The position numbers and the translations under genes were made by a program. Shown in pieces: positions 20,013-29,447 of a stretch of 64,000 bases of DNA. This DNA is from Candidatus Kaiserbacteria bacterium (GTDB lineage Bacteria > Patescibacteriota > Minisyncoccia > Phycocordibacterales > UBA2100): NCBI GenBank assembly GCA_016186765.1, contig JACPLD010000004.1, positions 29,287-93,286 on the forward strand. The letters run 5' to 3'. The notes below the pieces were generated by a model. It had not been told where the DNA came from, searched no databases, and saw only the letters and a list, made by a program, of their open reading frames with translations. Within the stretch, counting starts at the first letter, position 1. The number at the start of each line of letters is the position of its first letter.

Positions 20013-20032
20013 CACTCCACAGCGTTTTGATG

Positions 20033-20929
20033 TTAGACCAACGCCCCGGTTTTGAAATAATCTGTGATGCCTCTTTTGATGTCGAATTCGGGGACAAAAC
20101 CGAGTTTTTGTTTGGCAAGCGTCATGTCGCACTCGGTGTGGTTTTGGTAGGTTGCAGCGATGGGGTTGGAGAAATATTCCGGCGTGCGAGAGAGGTCGAG
20201 TGTTTCGTTCAAAATACTCACGAGCTCGTTGAAGGATGTGGCATGTCCCGAGCCGCAATTCACGACGCAGCTTTCTTTTGCTTCGAGCGCGAGCAAATTA
20301 GCGCGTACAACATCTTTCACGTAGATGTAGTCACGCTTCTGCGTGCCATCGGTAAAGAGTTTGGGATTTCCCATCTTCATCTGCTGCGCGATCTGATAAA
20401 CCATGCTCGCGCGCTTCTCCTTGTGCGATTCCCCGGGCCCATAGACATTGCAGTAGCGGAGTCCGACAACCGTCGCGCCATGTGCCTTCGCAAACTCGGC
20501 AGCTTTTTCCTCGAGTATCATCTTCGAGCGCGCATAAGGCGTGAGCGGCTTCAATGCCTGACCTTCCTTGTACGGCACAGGGCCATCACCATAGACGGCG
20601 GCCGAGGAGGCGTAGACGAATTTTTTGCAGCCCTGCTTTGCCGCGTGCTCGAAGAGTGCGAGTGATGCGTCGACGTTCACGCGCATCATTTCCCGCTCGT
20701 CTTTCGACTGCGTCTCGTTGATAGCCGCCTCGTGTATCACAGCGTCCAGCTTGCCCAAAGCCTCCCAGTCGAGACCGATGAACGAGGGCTGCAGCATCTT
20801 CCCCGTAAATCCCGGGATCTTCTGCTCGGCATCGTGGCCTGTAATGACGACGTCGTCGCCTCTATCGAGCAGCGCCCGCACGATATTCGAGCCGATGAAT
20901 CCCGTCCCACCGGTAACCAGTACTTTCAT
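20033..20929 (-). CDS. hldD: ADP-L-glycero-D-manno-heptose 6-epimerase-like NAD-dependent epimerase
   Basis: TGGTGFIGS, YASSAAVYG, YARSK, GLRYCNVYGPGESHK..RASM, RDYIYVKDV, YQNHTECD; heptose-gene context. Confidence 0.75.
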   Translation of the reverse strand: MKVLVTGGTGFIGSNIVRALLDRGDDVVITGHDAEQKIPGFTGKMLQPSFIGLDWEALGKLDAVIHEAAINETQSKDEREMMRVNVDASLALFEHAAKQGCKKFVYASSAAVYGDGPVPYKEGQALKPLTPYARSKMILEEKAAEFAKAHGATVVGLRYCNVYGPGESHKEKRASMVYQIAQQMKMGNPKLFTDGTQKRDYIYVKDVVRANLLALEAKESCVVNCGSGHATSFNELVSILNETLDLSRTPEYFSNPIAATYQNHTECDMTLAKQKLGFVPEFDIKRGITDYFKTGALV

Positions 20930-22170
20930 ACGATATATGGTATCTCGTTGTTGACTGTTCCGTACTTTGCCTTGCCGGATAGAAGAATTCGGGCCATGTC
21001 GGCGATCCGCTCCGGAGAAATATGCCGAAGCGAAGGGTCTTCCGAGACAGGCGGGTTTTTATGGTTGTACGCGGTGATGCTTGGACTCGTATGGAAAAAT
21101 TCATAGAGGCACACCACCCTTCCGAGTGGGCCGTACAAAAAAGGCGTCTCTGGGCCGAAGATGGCAAGCGTCGGCAAGCCAACCATCGCGGCAAAGTGCG
21201 GGTTGCCGCTGTCGTTGCTTATGAGGAGCTCCGCCATCCCAAAGAGCTCTGCGAGTTCTTGGAGCGTACTCGTCTCGCCCGCCATATTGAAACAGCGCTC
21301 ACCTACCTCAGTGCGAACATACTCGCACGTGGCACGATGCTCGTTCGTGCCGACGAGGACAATGACGTGCTTCGGATATGCAGCGAGAAGTTTCCGAAGT
21401 GCATCCACATACAAATCTTTCGGGTAGTCGCGGATCGAAAGCGCCCATCCGACCGTCGGAGCGACGGTAAGTATGGGTTCTCCCCTATGTCCGAGTTCCT
21501 TGAGCCGTGCGCGCATCTTCTCCTTGAGCGCAGCATCCGATTTGTACGAAGGCACGATGATCTCGCTGTTCTCAATCCTGCCGGCGTAGTTGTAGTAGTG
21601 GCTGCTCAAGCTGATGGCAGATTTGGTGAGCGCAAGGTGATTTTTTGCAATGTGCATATTCTGGTTGAAGTTGCAGCGGATATCGTAAAAGTCGCCGCGA
21701 TACATTCCTTCCATCGTGTAGCGAAAATAGCCGGCACGGAACTTTGCGCGGATCAAAAACGCGATGATGGCCGAAATCCGCAAAAAGAGCTCGTAGTCGA
21801 TGATGAGATCGAATTTCTCTCGTGAGAGCTCGCGTGCCTGCGCGAGAATCGAGAAAAAAAGCGCACGGAGGTTCGTATCGTCGATCACGTGCACGTTCCC
21901 CTCTGGAATGAGGTCTAACATTTGCCACGAATCCTTTTTGCTCGCGAGGCAGAGTGAATGAATCTCGACATTCGGGATTTTCTCCTTGATGTAGAAGAGC
22001 GAAGAGTATGCCATCACTGCAGCGCCCATCTCGACAAGCTCGATCACGAGGATCTTTCGTATGGATTTGTCGCGCGGCGCCCCGCGCAGCCTGTGGAGAA
22101 GCGTAAAGAAAAAGCAAACGATTGAGCCAACGTACCGCTCGACAAGACGCATCCAAGGCGAATAGTGCAT
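20926..22170 (-). CDS. Glycosyltransferase family 9 (heptosyltransferase-like)
   Basis: EMGAAV, AGETSTLQEL, ISNDSGNPHFAA, IFGPETP. Confidence 0.85.
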   Translation of the reverse strand: MHYSPWMRLVERYVGSIVCFFFTLLHRLRGAPRDKSIRKILVIELVEMGAAVMAYSSLFYIKEKIPNVEIHSLCLASKKDSWQMLDLIPEGNVHVIDDTNLRALFFSILAQARELSREKFDLIIDYELFLRISAIIAFLIRAKFRAGYFRYTMEGMYRGDFYDIRCNFNQNMHIAKNHLALTKSAISLSSHYYNYAGRIENSEIIVPSYKSDAALKEKMRARLKELGHRGEPILTVAPTVGWALSIRDYPKDLYVDALRKLLAAYPKHVIVLVGTNEHRATCEYVRTEVGERCFNMAGETSTLQELAELFGMAELLISNDSGNPHFAAMVGLPTLAIFGPETPFLYGPLGRVVCLYEFFHTSPSITAYNHKNPPVSEDPSLRHISPERIADMARILLSGKAKYGTVNNEIPYIV

Positions 22171-22197
22171 GGATAGCGGCAGTATACTTTGAGCGCA

Positions 22198-23232
22198 TTA
22201 CTCGCGCATCCGCGCTTGCCCGCCGAAGCCCTGCCTGCCGGCAGGCAGGCTTGGGCGTAGGCGGGCAACAGCAAAGAGGTCAACGTAGCGCTTTTCGCTT
22301 CCGAGCATCGTAAGAAAGATGATGAGCGCGGGAACGCCAAAGAGGACAGCATCCTTTACCTTCGCAAGCGCGTGCACCGCGCGAACGATGAGCGGCCGCT
22401 TCTTCCCCGGGACAGGTGTGGTGTCACCCGCTGCTTCTCGTGCAGCTCGTACGGCGCCAAAAGAGAAGCGCGAGCCATACTTGAATCGAAGCTTCATCAC
22501 GATGGGCCAGATCCCCTCCGAGCTGCGACGCATATAGACGACATCAAATCCACGCGCTTCGAGAAATTTCCGCAGTGAGGTGCGATCCCAACACGTGAGA
22601 TGCACCGGCGGCAGGTCCCCTTTCATGAGCCAGAGCGCGTGTTTGCGGTACGGCATGCTCATCGCGACATGTCCTCCACTTTTCAGGAGCGAGAGAATAG
22701 CGGCAAGAAATTCATTGTGATTGTCGACGTGCTCGAGCACGTCGAAAAAGGTAATGAGATCGAAACGTTTCTCCGGATGGGCTTTCGCGTACGTGATGAC
22801 GTCCGTCGCTTCCAAATGTGCTATGCCCGTTTTTCTCTCTGCAGACTCAATAGCACCAGGGTCGATGTCGACGCCAGCGCATTCCCATCCGCGCTCCTTT
22901 GCAAGCTCCAAAAAATTGCCAATGCCGCAGCCCACATCAAGTACCGAACCCCGGTGATCCGAAAGGAGTGAGAGCGTCTTTTTGTGGTTTGCTGTCGCAC
23001 CCCACACCGGATCGGCATTCCGCACACCGTAGCGCTCATGCTTACTGTACCACTCAGCGCCGGGATTCTTCAAAGGCCACCAAAATTCCACTTCGCAGCG
23101 AGCGCAGTGATACTGCGTGTAGCGGATCCCGCTATCATCGTGCGTGCGGCCGGTTGTAGAAAGGGTTGCAGCCCCACAAAGAGAACATGCGGTCGGCACA
23201 GCTCCCATACGTTCGGACAAGGTTCGCATCAT
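22198..23232 (-). CDS. Class I SAM-dependent methyltransferase with CxxC motifs
   Basis: CSLCG, CARC, VLDVGCGIG, FDLITFFDVLEH, PPVHL. Confidence 0.85.
   Translation of the reverse strand: MMRTLSERMGAVPTACSLCGAATLSTTGRTHDDSGIRYTQYHCARCEVEFWWPLKNPGAEWYSKHERYGVRNADPVWGATANHKKTLSLLSDHRGSVLDVGCGIGNFLELAKERGWECAGVDIDPGAIESAERKTGIAHLEATDVITYAKAHPEKRFDLITFFDVLEHVDNHNEFLAAILSLLKSGGHVAMSMPYRKHALWLMKGDLPPVHLTCWDRTSLRKFLEARGFDVVYMRRSSEGIWPIVMKLRFKYGSRFSFGAVRAAREAAGDTTPVPGKKRPLIVRAVHALAKVKDAVLFGVPALIIFLTMLGSEKRYVDLFAVARLRPSLPAGRQGFGGQARMRE
22216..22268. repeat. Nested REP-like palindromes inside the 3' end of the methyltransferase gene
   Basis: Perfect 20-bp palindrome CCTGCCTGCCGGCAGGCAGG (22230-22249) inside outer inverted repeat TTGCCCGCC/GGCGGGCAA. 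Confidence 0.8.
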
Positions 23233-23275
23233 AGCATAGAGCGTCAATGAGGATTTTGTGCTATACAGTGCGAGC

Positions 23276-24307
23276 ATGAAGGCTGCCGTTTTGGAGAAGA
23301 TCGGCGCACCACTTACCGTTGCCGACGTCGAGCTCGGAGAGCTCCCGCGAGGGCAGGTGCTCGTGAAAATTCTCGTGAGCGGCATGTGTGGCGCGCAGCT
23401 GCAGGAGATCGCCGGTTACAAGGGCAATGCGAAATTCGTGCCTCATCTTCTCGGCCACGAAGGCTGCGGTATTGTTGAAAAGATCGGCGAGGACGTCACG
23501 AGAGTTATGCCGGGTGACAAGGTGGTGATGCACTGGCGCAAAGGTGAAGGCATCGAATCTGATTTTCCGTCGTATGTGTACAAAGGAAAGAAAATGTCGA
23601 GCGGCAAGGTAACGACATTTAGCGAATACGCGATCGTATCTGAAAACCGGGTGACTGCAGTGCCGCAGGACACACCCGATGACCTCTGCGCGCTCCTTGG
23701 CTGCGGACTTTCGACTGCGCTCGCGACCGTCGAGAACGACGCACGCGTCAAAGCCGGAGAGAAAGTTCTCATCGTCGGCATCGGAGGTCTCGGTGCGTGC
23801 TTCATCAAGGCTGCGAAGCTCGCCGGAGCCGGGGCAATCGTTGCCGTGGACATTCATGACAAAGATGCAGCCGCACGCGCGCTCGGCGCGACACACTTCG
23901 TGCGCGCTGGTTCAGAGATGCGCAGCGCGCTGCATGCTGTCGACATCGAAAGCTTCAACGTCATCATCGAGACATCCGGTAACGCGGGGGCAATTGCCGA
24001 GACGCTTACATTGCTTGGCGATTCAGGCAGATATATTTTGGTGGGACAACCGAAGCCTGGCGAGAGCGTCGAGATACGGAACGCCGTCCACCTCTTTGGC
24101 GGAGAAGGAAAAACGATCAAGGCAACACAGGGTGGTGGGTTCAGACCCTCTTCCGATATTCCCCGCTACATCGAGGAGTACGGAAGTGGCCGATTGGACA
24201 TAGAGAATCTCATCACCCATCGCACAACGCTCGAGAAGGTCAACGACGCGTTGCGGCTGATGCGCGAAGGGAAAGCAAACCGCATTATGATCGACATATG
24301 GCAGTAA
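23276..24307 (+). CDS. Zinc-binding alcohol dehydrogenase (MDR family)
   Basis: GMCGAQ, LLGHEGCG, LLGCG, GIGGLG. Confidence 0.9.
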   Translation: MKAAVLEKIGAPLTVADVELGELPRGQVLVKILVSGMCGAQLQEIAGYKGNAKFVPHLLGHEGCGIVEKIGEDVTRVMPGDKVVMHWRKGEGIESDFPSYVYKGKKMSSGKVTTFSEYAIVSENRVTAVPQDTPDDLCALLGCGLSTALATVENDARVKAGEKVLIVGIGGLGACFIKAAKLAGAGAIVAVDIHDKDAAARALGATHFVRAGSEMRSALHAVDIESFNVIIETSGNAGAIAETLTLLGDSGRYILVGQPKPGESVEIRNAVHLFGGEGKTIKATQGGGFRPSSDIPRYIEEYGSGRLDIENLITHRTTLEKVNDALRLMREGKANRIMIDIWQ

Positions 24308-25293
24308 CACGACGTACTAAAAAACAGGACGCGAACGAGACTGCAGCGCTCCTGCAAGCCTACAAAAGAATGCTCTCAATTCGTATCGCACAGGAGGAGC
24401 TCGTGAAGCTCTACATGGAGAAGAAGATCTTCAGCATGGTCCACTTCTACATCGGGCAGGAGGCGGTCGCGGTGGGAGTGTGCGACGCCCTCAAGAAAGG
24501 CGACAAGGTGATGGGAAATCACCGCTCGCACGGCCACTACCTCGCAAAAGGCGGAAACTTTCGCAGATTAGTGTGCGAGCTCCTCGGCAAGGCAAATGGC
24601 TCAGCACGTGGAAAGGGTGGCTCCATGCACATGGTCGCAAAGGAAGTCAACTTCGTTGGCTCGACGCCGCTTTTGGGAAGCGTGGTGCCCATCTCGGCAG
24701 GCGTCGCCTTCGAGCAAAAGTACAACAAGCGCGGCACGATCACGGTTGCCTTCTATGGCGACGGTGCTTCAGAAGAGGGCGTCGTGTACGAGACGTACAA
24801 CCTCGCAGCGCTCTACAAGTTGCCACTTCTCCTCGTCATCGAGAACAACCTCTTTTCCATCAACTCATACATAAAGAACCGCCGCTCCGGGAATTACGAC
24901 GTCAAGAAAATCGTCGAGGGCTTGGGCGTCCGATACGAGCAGGCGGACGGTAATGATTACCACGACGTGCACGAGAAAGCGCGCGCGCTCGTCGACTCGA
25001 TCAGAGAAGAGAGTGAGCCTGCCGTATTAGAGTGCATGACATACCGGCACATGGCTCACAGCACACCCCTGAGGGAAGAGTCATACCGTAGCGAAGATAC
25101 AGCAGAAAAGCGGCAGGAAAGCGATTCGCTGAAGAAGATACATGACGAGTTGCTTGGAGCAGGTATCTCGGAGAAAAGACTTTCTGCTCTAGAAAACACG
25201 ATGCGTGCATCGGTGCGAAAGGACATCACATTCGCAGAGCGCTCGCCGTATCCGAAAAAAAGTGAACTCTACACCAACATGTACGCGACATAA
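24298..25293 (+). CDS. TPP-dependent dehydrogenase E1 alpha-like subunit
   Basis: HFYIGQEAVA, HRSHGH, GKGGSMH, GDGA..E..ENN TPP motif, TYRHMAHS. Confidence 0.9.
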   Translation: MAVTRRTKKQDANETAALLQAYKRMLSIRIAQEELVKLYMEKKIFSMVHFYIGQEAVAVGVCDALKKGDKVMGNHRSHGHYLAKGGNFRRLVCELLGKANGSARGKGGSMHMVAKEVNFVGSTPLLGSVVPISAGVAFEQKYNKRGTITVAFYGDGASEEGVVYETYNLAALYKLPLLLVIENNLFSINSYIKNRRSGNYDVKKIVEGLGVRYEQADGNDYHDVHEKARALVDSIREESEPAVLECMTYRHMAHSTPLREESYRSEDTAEKRQESDSLKKIHDELLGAGISEKRLSALENTMRASVRKDITFAERSPYPKKSELYTNMYAT

Positions 25294-25295
25294 CT

Positions 25296-26324
25296 ATGGC
25301 TGAAAGGATTCTCAAGTACGCAGACGCAATAAAAGAAGCGACGGAGCAGCTCCTCGAAAGTGACCGGCGCGTCTTCGTGCTTGGCCTCGGCGTGCCTCAA
25401 GGGGCGGGAGGCACGACAACTGGCCTTTCTGAGAAGTACCCGCAGCGAGTGCTCGATACCCCTTCCTCCGAGGCAGCTCTCACGGGTCTTGCGGTTGGCT
25501 CAGCCATCTCAGGACTCCGCCCCATCGTGCATCACGATCGAGTTGAATTCGGCTTGCTCGCCTCCGACCAGATGTTCACCCAGGCGGCGAAGTGGAACTA
25601 CATGTTCGGCGGCGGGAATCCTGTGCCACTTACTGTTCGGATTGTGGTGGGACGGCAGTGGGGCAATGGGCCGCAACACTCGCAAGCGCTCTACTCAATG
25701 TATGGTGCGGTGCGCGGGCTCAAGGTCGTGATTCCCTCTTCCCCACGCATGGCAAAAGGGCTCCTCATCGCCGCAGTACGGGACCCGAACCCCGTCATCG
25801 TCCTTGAGCCGCGTTGGCTCTACCAAACTAAGCAGATTGTGCCGAAAAAAATGTACGAAGAGCCGCTCGAAAAAGCGAGAGTCGTGCGAAAAGGAAAGGA
25901 CATAACGGTCGTTGCCTACGGCGACGGGCTTGTCTCGTCGCATGAGGCGTGCGAGCTTATCGGCAACAGGGTGAGCGTTGAGCTGATCGACGTCGTGAGC
26001 ATCAACCCAGTTGATCACGACACGATCAAGAAGTCCGTCATGAGAACTGGGCGACTCCTTTGCATCGACACGACGAGCGAAGCATTCGGCGTAGGATCCG
26101 AAGTCATCGCGAATGTGATGAAGACATGCACGCTTGAAGCAAGGCCCCTCGTGCTTGCAGCCCCCAATGTCCCCTGTCCTACCTCTACTGCACTTACAGA
26201 ATTCTACTACCCAACAAGAGCAGATGTCGCAAACGCAATACTCCGCGCCTTGAAAAAACCGACAATCCGTCATACGCTCACCTTCCAAGAGTTGCATCTC
26301 GCGCCAACCCTCACGCTGCCATGA
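25296..26324 (+). CDS. TPP-dependent E1 beta/transketolase C-terminal-like subunit
   Basis: DTPSSE, GLRP, DQ, GPQHSQ, GLKVVIPSSP, GKDITVVAYG. Confidence 0.9.
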   Translation: MAERILKYADAIKEATEQLLESDRRVFVLGLGVPQGAGGTTTGLSEKYPQRVLDTPSSEAALTGLAVGSAISGLRPIVHHDRVEFGLLASDQMFTQAAKWNYMFGGGNPVPLTVRIVVGRQWGNGPQHSQALYSMYGAVRGLKVVIPSSPRMAKGLLIAAVRDPNPVIVLEPRWLYQTKQIVPKKMYEEPLEKARVVRKGKDITVVAYGDGLVSSHEACELIGNRVSVELIDVVSINPVDHDTIKKSVMRTGRLLCIDTTSEAFGVGSEVIANVMKTCTLEARPLVLAAPNVPCPTSTALTEFYYPTRADVANAILRALKKPTIRHTLTFQELHLAPTLTLP

Positions 26325-27130
26325 GCAAATCAAAAAAACAAAAGAGAATACTTATCATCGGCGAGAGCTGCCGCGATGTGTTCATCTACTGCGACACGGT
26401 GCGCCTTGCGCCCGACATTCCCGTGCCCGTATTACACATCGTGAAAACGACGGAAAATCCGGGCATGGCAAAAAACGTCGAGCGAAACATAAAGGCGCTG
26501 CACCCTCACTGTGACGTTGTTACACACAGCAACTGGCGCGCGATCACGAAGACCCGCTTCATGCACGAGAAAACGCCGCAGGCATTCTTTCGCGTCGACT
26601 CGAAGCACAAGTATCCCCGCGCAAAGGTGAAGAACCTACCGTTGAAGAAGTACGATCTCATAGGCATCTCCGACTACAACAAAGGATTCCTCACGCACGA
26701 GGATATCGAGTACATCTGCGAGAGTCATCCATTCGTATTCGTGGATACGAAAAAGCGGGTCGGGCGCTTTCTCGACGCCGCCCGCTACATCAAGATCAAC
26801 AAATTCGAATACGAACACTCGCTCCCGATCCCGCGCGACCTGGATCGCAAGATCATCTGCACACGCGGCGGTGAAGGCGTACAGTTTCGCGGAAAAACAT
26901 ATCCAGTCAAACCGGTCGAGGTGAAGGATGTCACGGGCGCTGGAGACAGCTTCTTTGCCGCGCTCCTCGTGCGCTTCGCTGAAACTGAAGACATCGATGA
27001 GGCCATTCACTTTGCGAACCTTTGCGCCTCGCAAGTCGTCAAGAAAAAGGGCGTATCGGTGATAAAACGACCGAAGCTATCTGCGACGACAAACAACAAT
27101 AACGAGTACGCTATCCGACGTCGCAGATAA
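26321..27130 (+). CDS. PfkB-family kinase, HldE/RfaE domain I (heptose 7-phosphate kinase)-like
   Basis: RLAPDIPVPV, PGMAKNV, SDYNKG, VKDVTGAGDSF. Confidence 0.85.
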   Translation: MSKSKKQKRILIIGESCRDVFIYCDTVRLAPDIPVPVLHIVKTTENPGMAKNVERNIKALHPHCDVVTHSNWRAITKTRFMHEKTPQAFFRVDSKHKYPRAKVKNLPLKKYDLIGISDYNKGFLTHEDIEYICESHPFVFVDTKKRVGRFLDAARYIKINKFEYEHSLPIPRDLDRKIICTRGGEGVQFRGKTYPVKPVEVKDVTGAGDSFFAALLVRFAETEDIDEAIHFANLCASQVVKKKGVSVIKRPKLSATTNNNNEYAIRRRR

Positions 27131-28049
27131 GATCGAGTTCGGGGCTTGATTTGAGCTCACATCGATACTCAGGTACGAAACTGCGAACGAGCGCTGCTAG
27201 GTGCTCCGGGTCTCCCGGCTTGTGATAGGCGGAAAGCGCGAGCGCAGGATGATAGTTTTGAATAGTCCCGGCGGCCCCTTCAAGAATTTCCTTTTCGAAC
27301 CCTTCCGTGTCGATCTTTATGAAATCGACACGGGGGAGCTGCTGCTCACGGACGAATGTGTCGATAGTAGTGATAGGTACTGTTTCTTTGCCGCTGTAGG
27401 AGCCGAGAAGACCCGATTCCGCAAGCGTATTGCCTTCTCCGGAGGAACTCTCGATATGAAGCTCCGCCTCTCCCGCACGGTTCCCGAGCGCGCTTCGCAC
27501 AGCAGTGGCATTTCCGTACGGGTGCAGATTTTTCTCTAGCGCGTCGAAGGTCGTCTGTGCAGGCTCGAATGCATATACCTTGCCCTCACGTGCAAGCCGC
27601 GCTGAAAGTGCGCTGAATGTGCCAACGTTGGCTCCCGCATCGACGACGATCGAGTCTGGTCTGATCCGACCACGCGCGCGGTATTCGTCCTGAAGGATGA
27701 CTTCGTTGACGAGCTTGAGTGCAACGAGCCAGTTTTTGAATTTGCCAGGCTCTGTCGCGACGAACGGCTTTCCGAAGAGCACAGGAGCTTCTCGATAGAG
27801 GCCAGCCTGCTCGAAAATCTCCTCAAGCTCTCGGTCGAGAAGAGCCTGGAGCTTGTGTTGGAGAGTCGCAGATTTGAAGCGGCCCGGAAGAAGATTCTGC
27901 ACACACTCAAGAAAAGTCACGTCGCCGCGCCGCCACGCCCCGAATCCGTAGGCGCGCCACGCGATGTGCTGCTCGTGCGTTTTCTCGACGAACGACGGCA
28001 GACGAAGCGGCAGGAGTTCATCCTTTATCAGCATTTCGAGATCGATCAT
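27111..28049 (-). CDS. FkbM-family methyltransferase
   Basis: VDAGANVG, AFEP, IKIDTEGFE, SAYH. Confidence 0.9.
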   Translation of the reverse strand: MIDLEMLIKDELLPLRLPSFVEKTHEQHIAWRAYGFGAWRRGDVTFLECVQNLLPGRFKSATLQHKLQALLDRELEEIFEQAGLYREAPVLFGKPFVATEPGKFKNWLVALKLVNEVILQDEYRARGRIRPDSIVVDAGANVGTFSALSARLAREGKVYAFEPAQTTFDALEKNLHPYGNATAVRSALGNRAGEAELHIESSSGEGNTLAESGLLGSYSGKETVPITTIDTFVREQQLPRVDFIKIDTEGFEKEILEGAAGTIQNYHPALALSAYHKPGDPEHLAALVRSFVPEYRCELKSSPELDLICDVG

Positions 28050-28073
28050 CACGCTATGGTACACTGATTTGCC

Positions 28074-28865
28074 ATGAAATACCTCAACAGCGACCTGAAG
28101 GTCCCGCTCCTCGATGCCATCGATAAATTGACCATCATCGAGCTAAAACACGAGCGCGCTGAGAACGAGGAGAACAGGAAATCTATCGAGAATGAAACCG
28201 CTTTTTGGAAGAGCGTCTTAGACGCGTACCGTAAGGACGGTGTGCCGCTCAACAACGAATGGATCACCAGTATGAAAGAGGCGAATGGGAGGCTGTGGGA
28301 CGTCGAGGAGGCCATCCGCAATGCAAAGAAGAACAAGCTCTCAAACGAGGAGGTGGGCAAACTTGCAGTTCAGCTACGCGATCTTAACGACGAGCGCGTT
28401 GCCAAGCGCGCGAAAATGGCTGAGGCACTTGGAACAGATTTCTTCGATACCGGAGAGCAAATAGCGGCCGAAACACCGTACAAATTGCCGCTGCACGAAA
28501 CTATCGACCGCCTCACCATCACTGCGCTAAAGCTAGAGCGTCTCAAAGGTAATAAGAATTATCCATCGTTCGAGCGTGAATATGCGTTCTATTCAAAAGT
28601 CGTAGACGCGTTTCGCAAAGACGGCGTCGAGGTGAAAGACAAATGGATAGCCGACATGAAAGCAGCGAATGGAAGGGTGTGGGATAGAGAATCTGCGATA
28701 CGGCAAGGTCGTGAACAAGAATTTGGGCTCGAGGAAATGGGGCGGCGCACGCTCGAGCTCAGGGATATCCAAATGCAGGAGCGCATCCCGGCGAAGAATA
28801 AAGTCGCATTCGCGATCGGCGCACCGTTCTATGAAGTAAAGACGAAAGCAAACCACGAACAATGA
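28074..28865 (+). CDS. Hypothetical helical protein with two tandem DUF6165-like repeats
   Basis: Two copies of IDxLTI..LK.ER ... RKDGV ... MK.ANGR.WD.E.AIR ... LRD. Confidence 0.75.
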   Translation: MKYLNSDLKVPLLDAIDKLTIIELKHERAENEENRKSIENETAFWKSVLDAYRKDGVPLNNEWITSMKEANGRLWDVEEAIRNAKKNKLSNEEVGKLAVQLRDLNDERVAKRAKMAEALGTDFFDTGEQIAAETPYKLPLHETIDRLTITALKLERLKGNKNYPSFEREYAFYSKVVDAFRKDGVEVKDKWIADMKAANGRVWDRESAIRQGREQEFGLEEMGRRTLELRDIQMQERIPAKNKVAFAIGAPFYEVKTKANHEQ

Positions 28866-29434
28866 AAGAAGAATTCACTCCCGCGGAGGAAAAAGAATTT
28901 ATTCGACTTCTCAAAAAGATTCAAGCGAATAACTATTGGGTGCCATCAGGAGTTTGGGAGGAGACGTTGCGGACGTTCCCACGCTATGCGCTCGAGCTCG
29001 TTATCGTCGACCCTGAAAAGACTCCTAGTATTCTCTTGACGAGATACACCGGCGACACGATGCCCGCGCACAAAGGACACTTCCATATTCCCGGCGGCTT
29101 CGCACTGCCGAACGAAAGCATCGAAGAAACGTGTTCCCGCATCGCGAAAGGCGAACTCGGCGTCGACGTGCGATTCCAAGGGATCCTCGGCGTTCATAAA
29201 TGGACGGCGGACGAATCACCAAACGGCGCTCTCCCACTCTCGCTCTACACCTCATGCAAGCCGCTTAATGACATCACGCTCAACGAAAACTGCCATTTCT
29301 TTACACGAGAAGAAATGCTCGCACTCGGAGCAAACGATATGATCCAAAATCATCCCCATCGTGCCTTCATCTCTCATTATCTTGCCAAAATCGAGTCAGG
29401 TACTTCGATTGTACCTATCATGCTCGAACGGTAA
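28862..29434 (+). CDS. NUDIX hydrolase (GDP-mannose mannosyl hydrolase-like)
   Basis: FHIPGG...ESIEETCSRIAKGELGV variant Nudix box; ATGA overlap with the upstream gene. Confidence 0.75.
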   Translation: MKEEFTPAEEKEFIRLLKKIQANNYWVPSGVWEETLRTFPRYALELVIVDPEKTPSILLTRYTGDTMPAHKGHFHIPGGFALPNESIEETCSRIAKGELGVDVRFQGILGVHKWTADESPNGALPLSLYTSCKPLNDITLNENCHFFTREEMLALGANDMIQNHPHRAFISHYLAKIESGTSIVPIMLER

Positions 29435-29447
29435 TATACGATTCACC

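Noticed and set aside
24298-26324. Pyruvate dehydrogenase pdhA/pdhB
   Set aside because: No E2/E3 adjacent and the context is sugar-nucleotide synthesis, so no symbol assigned
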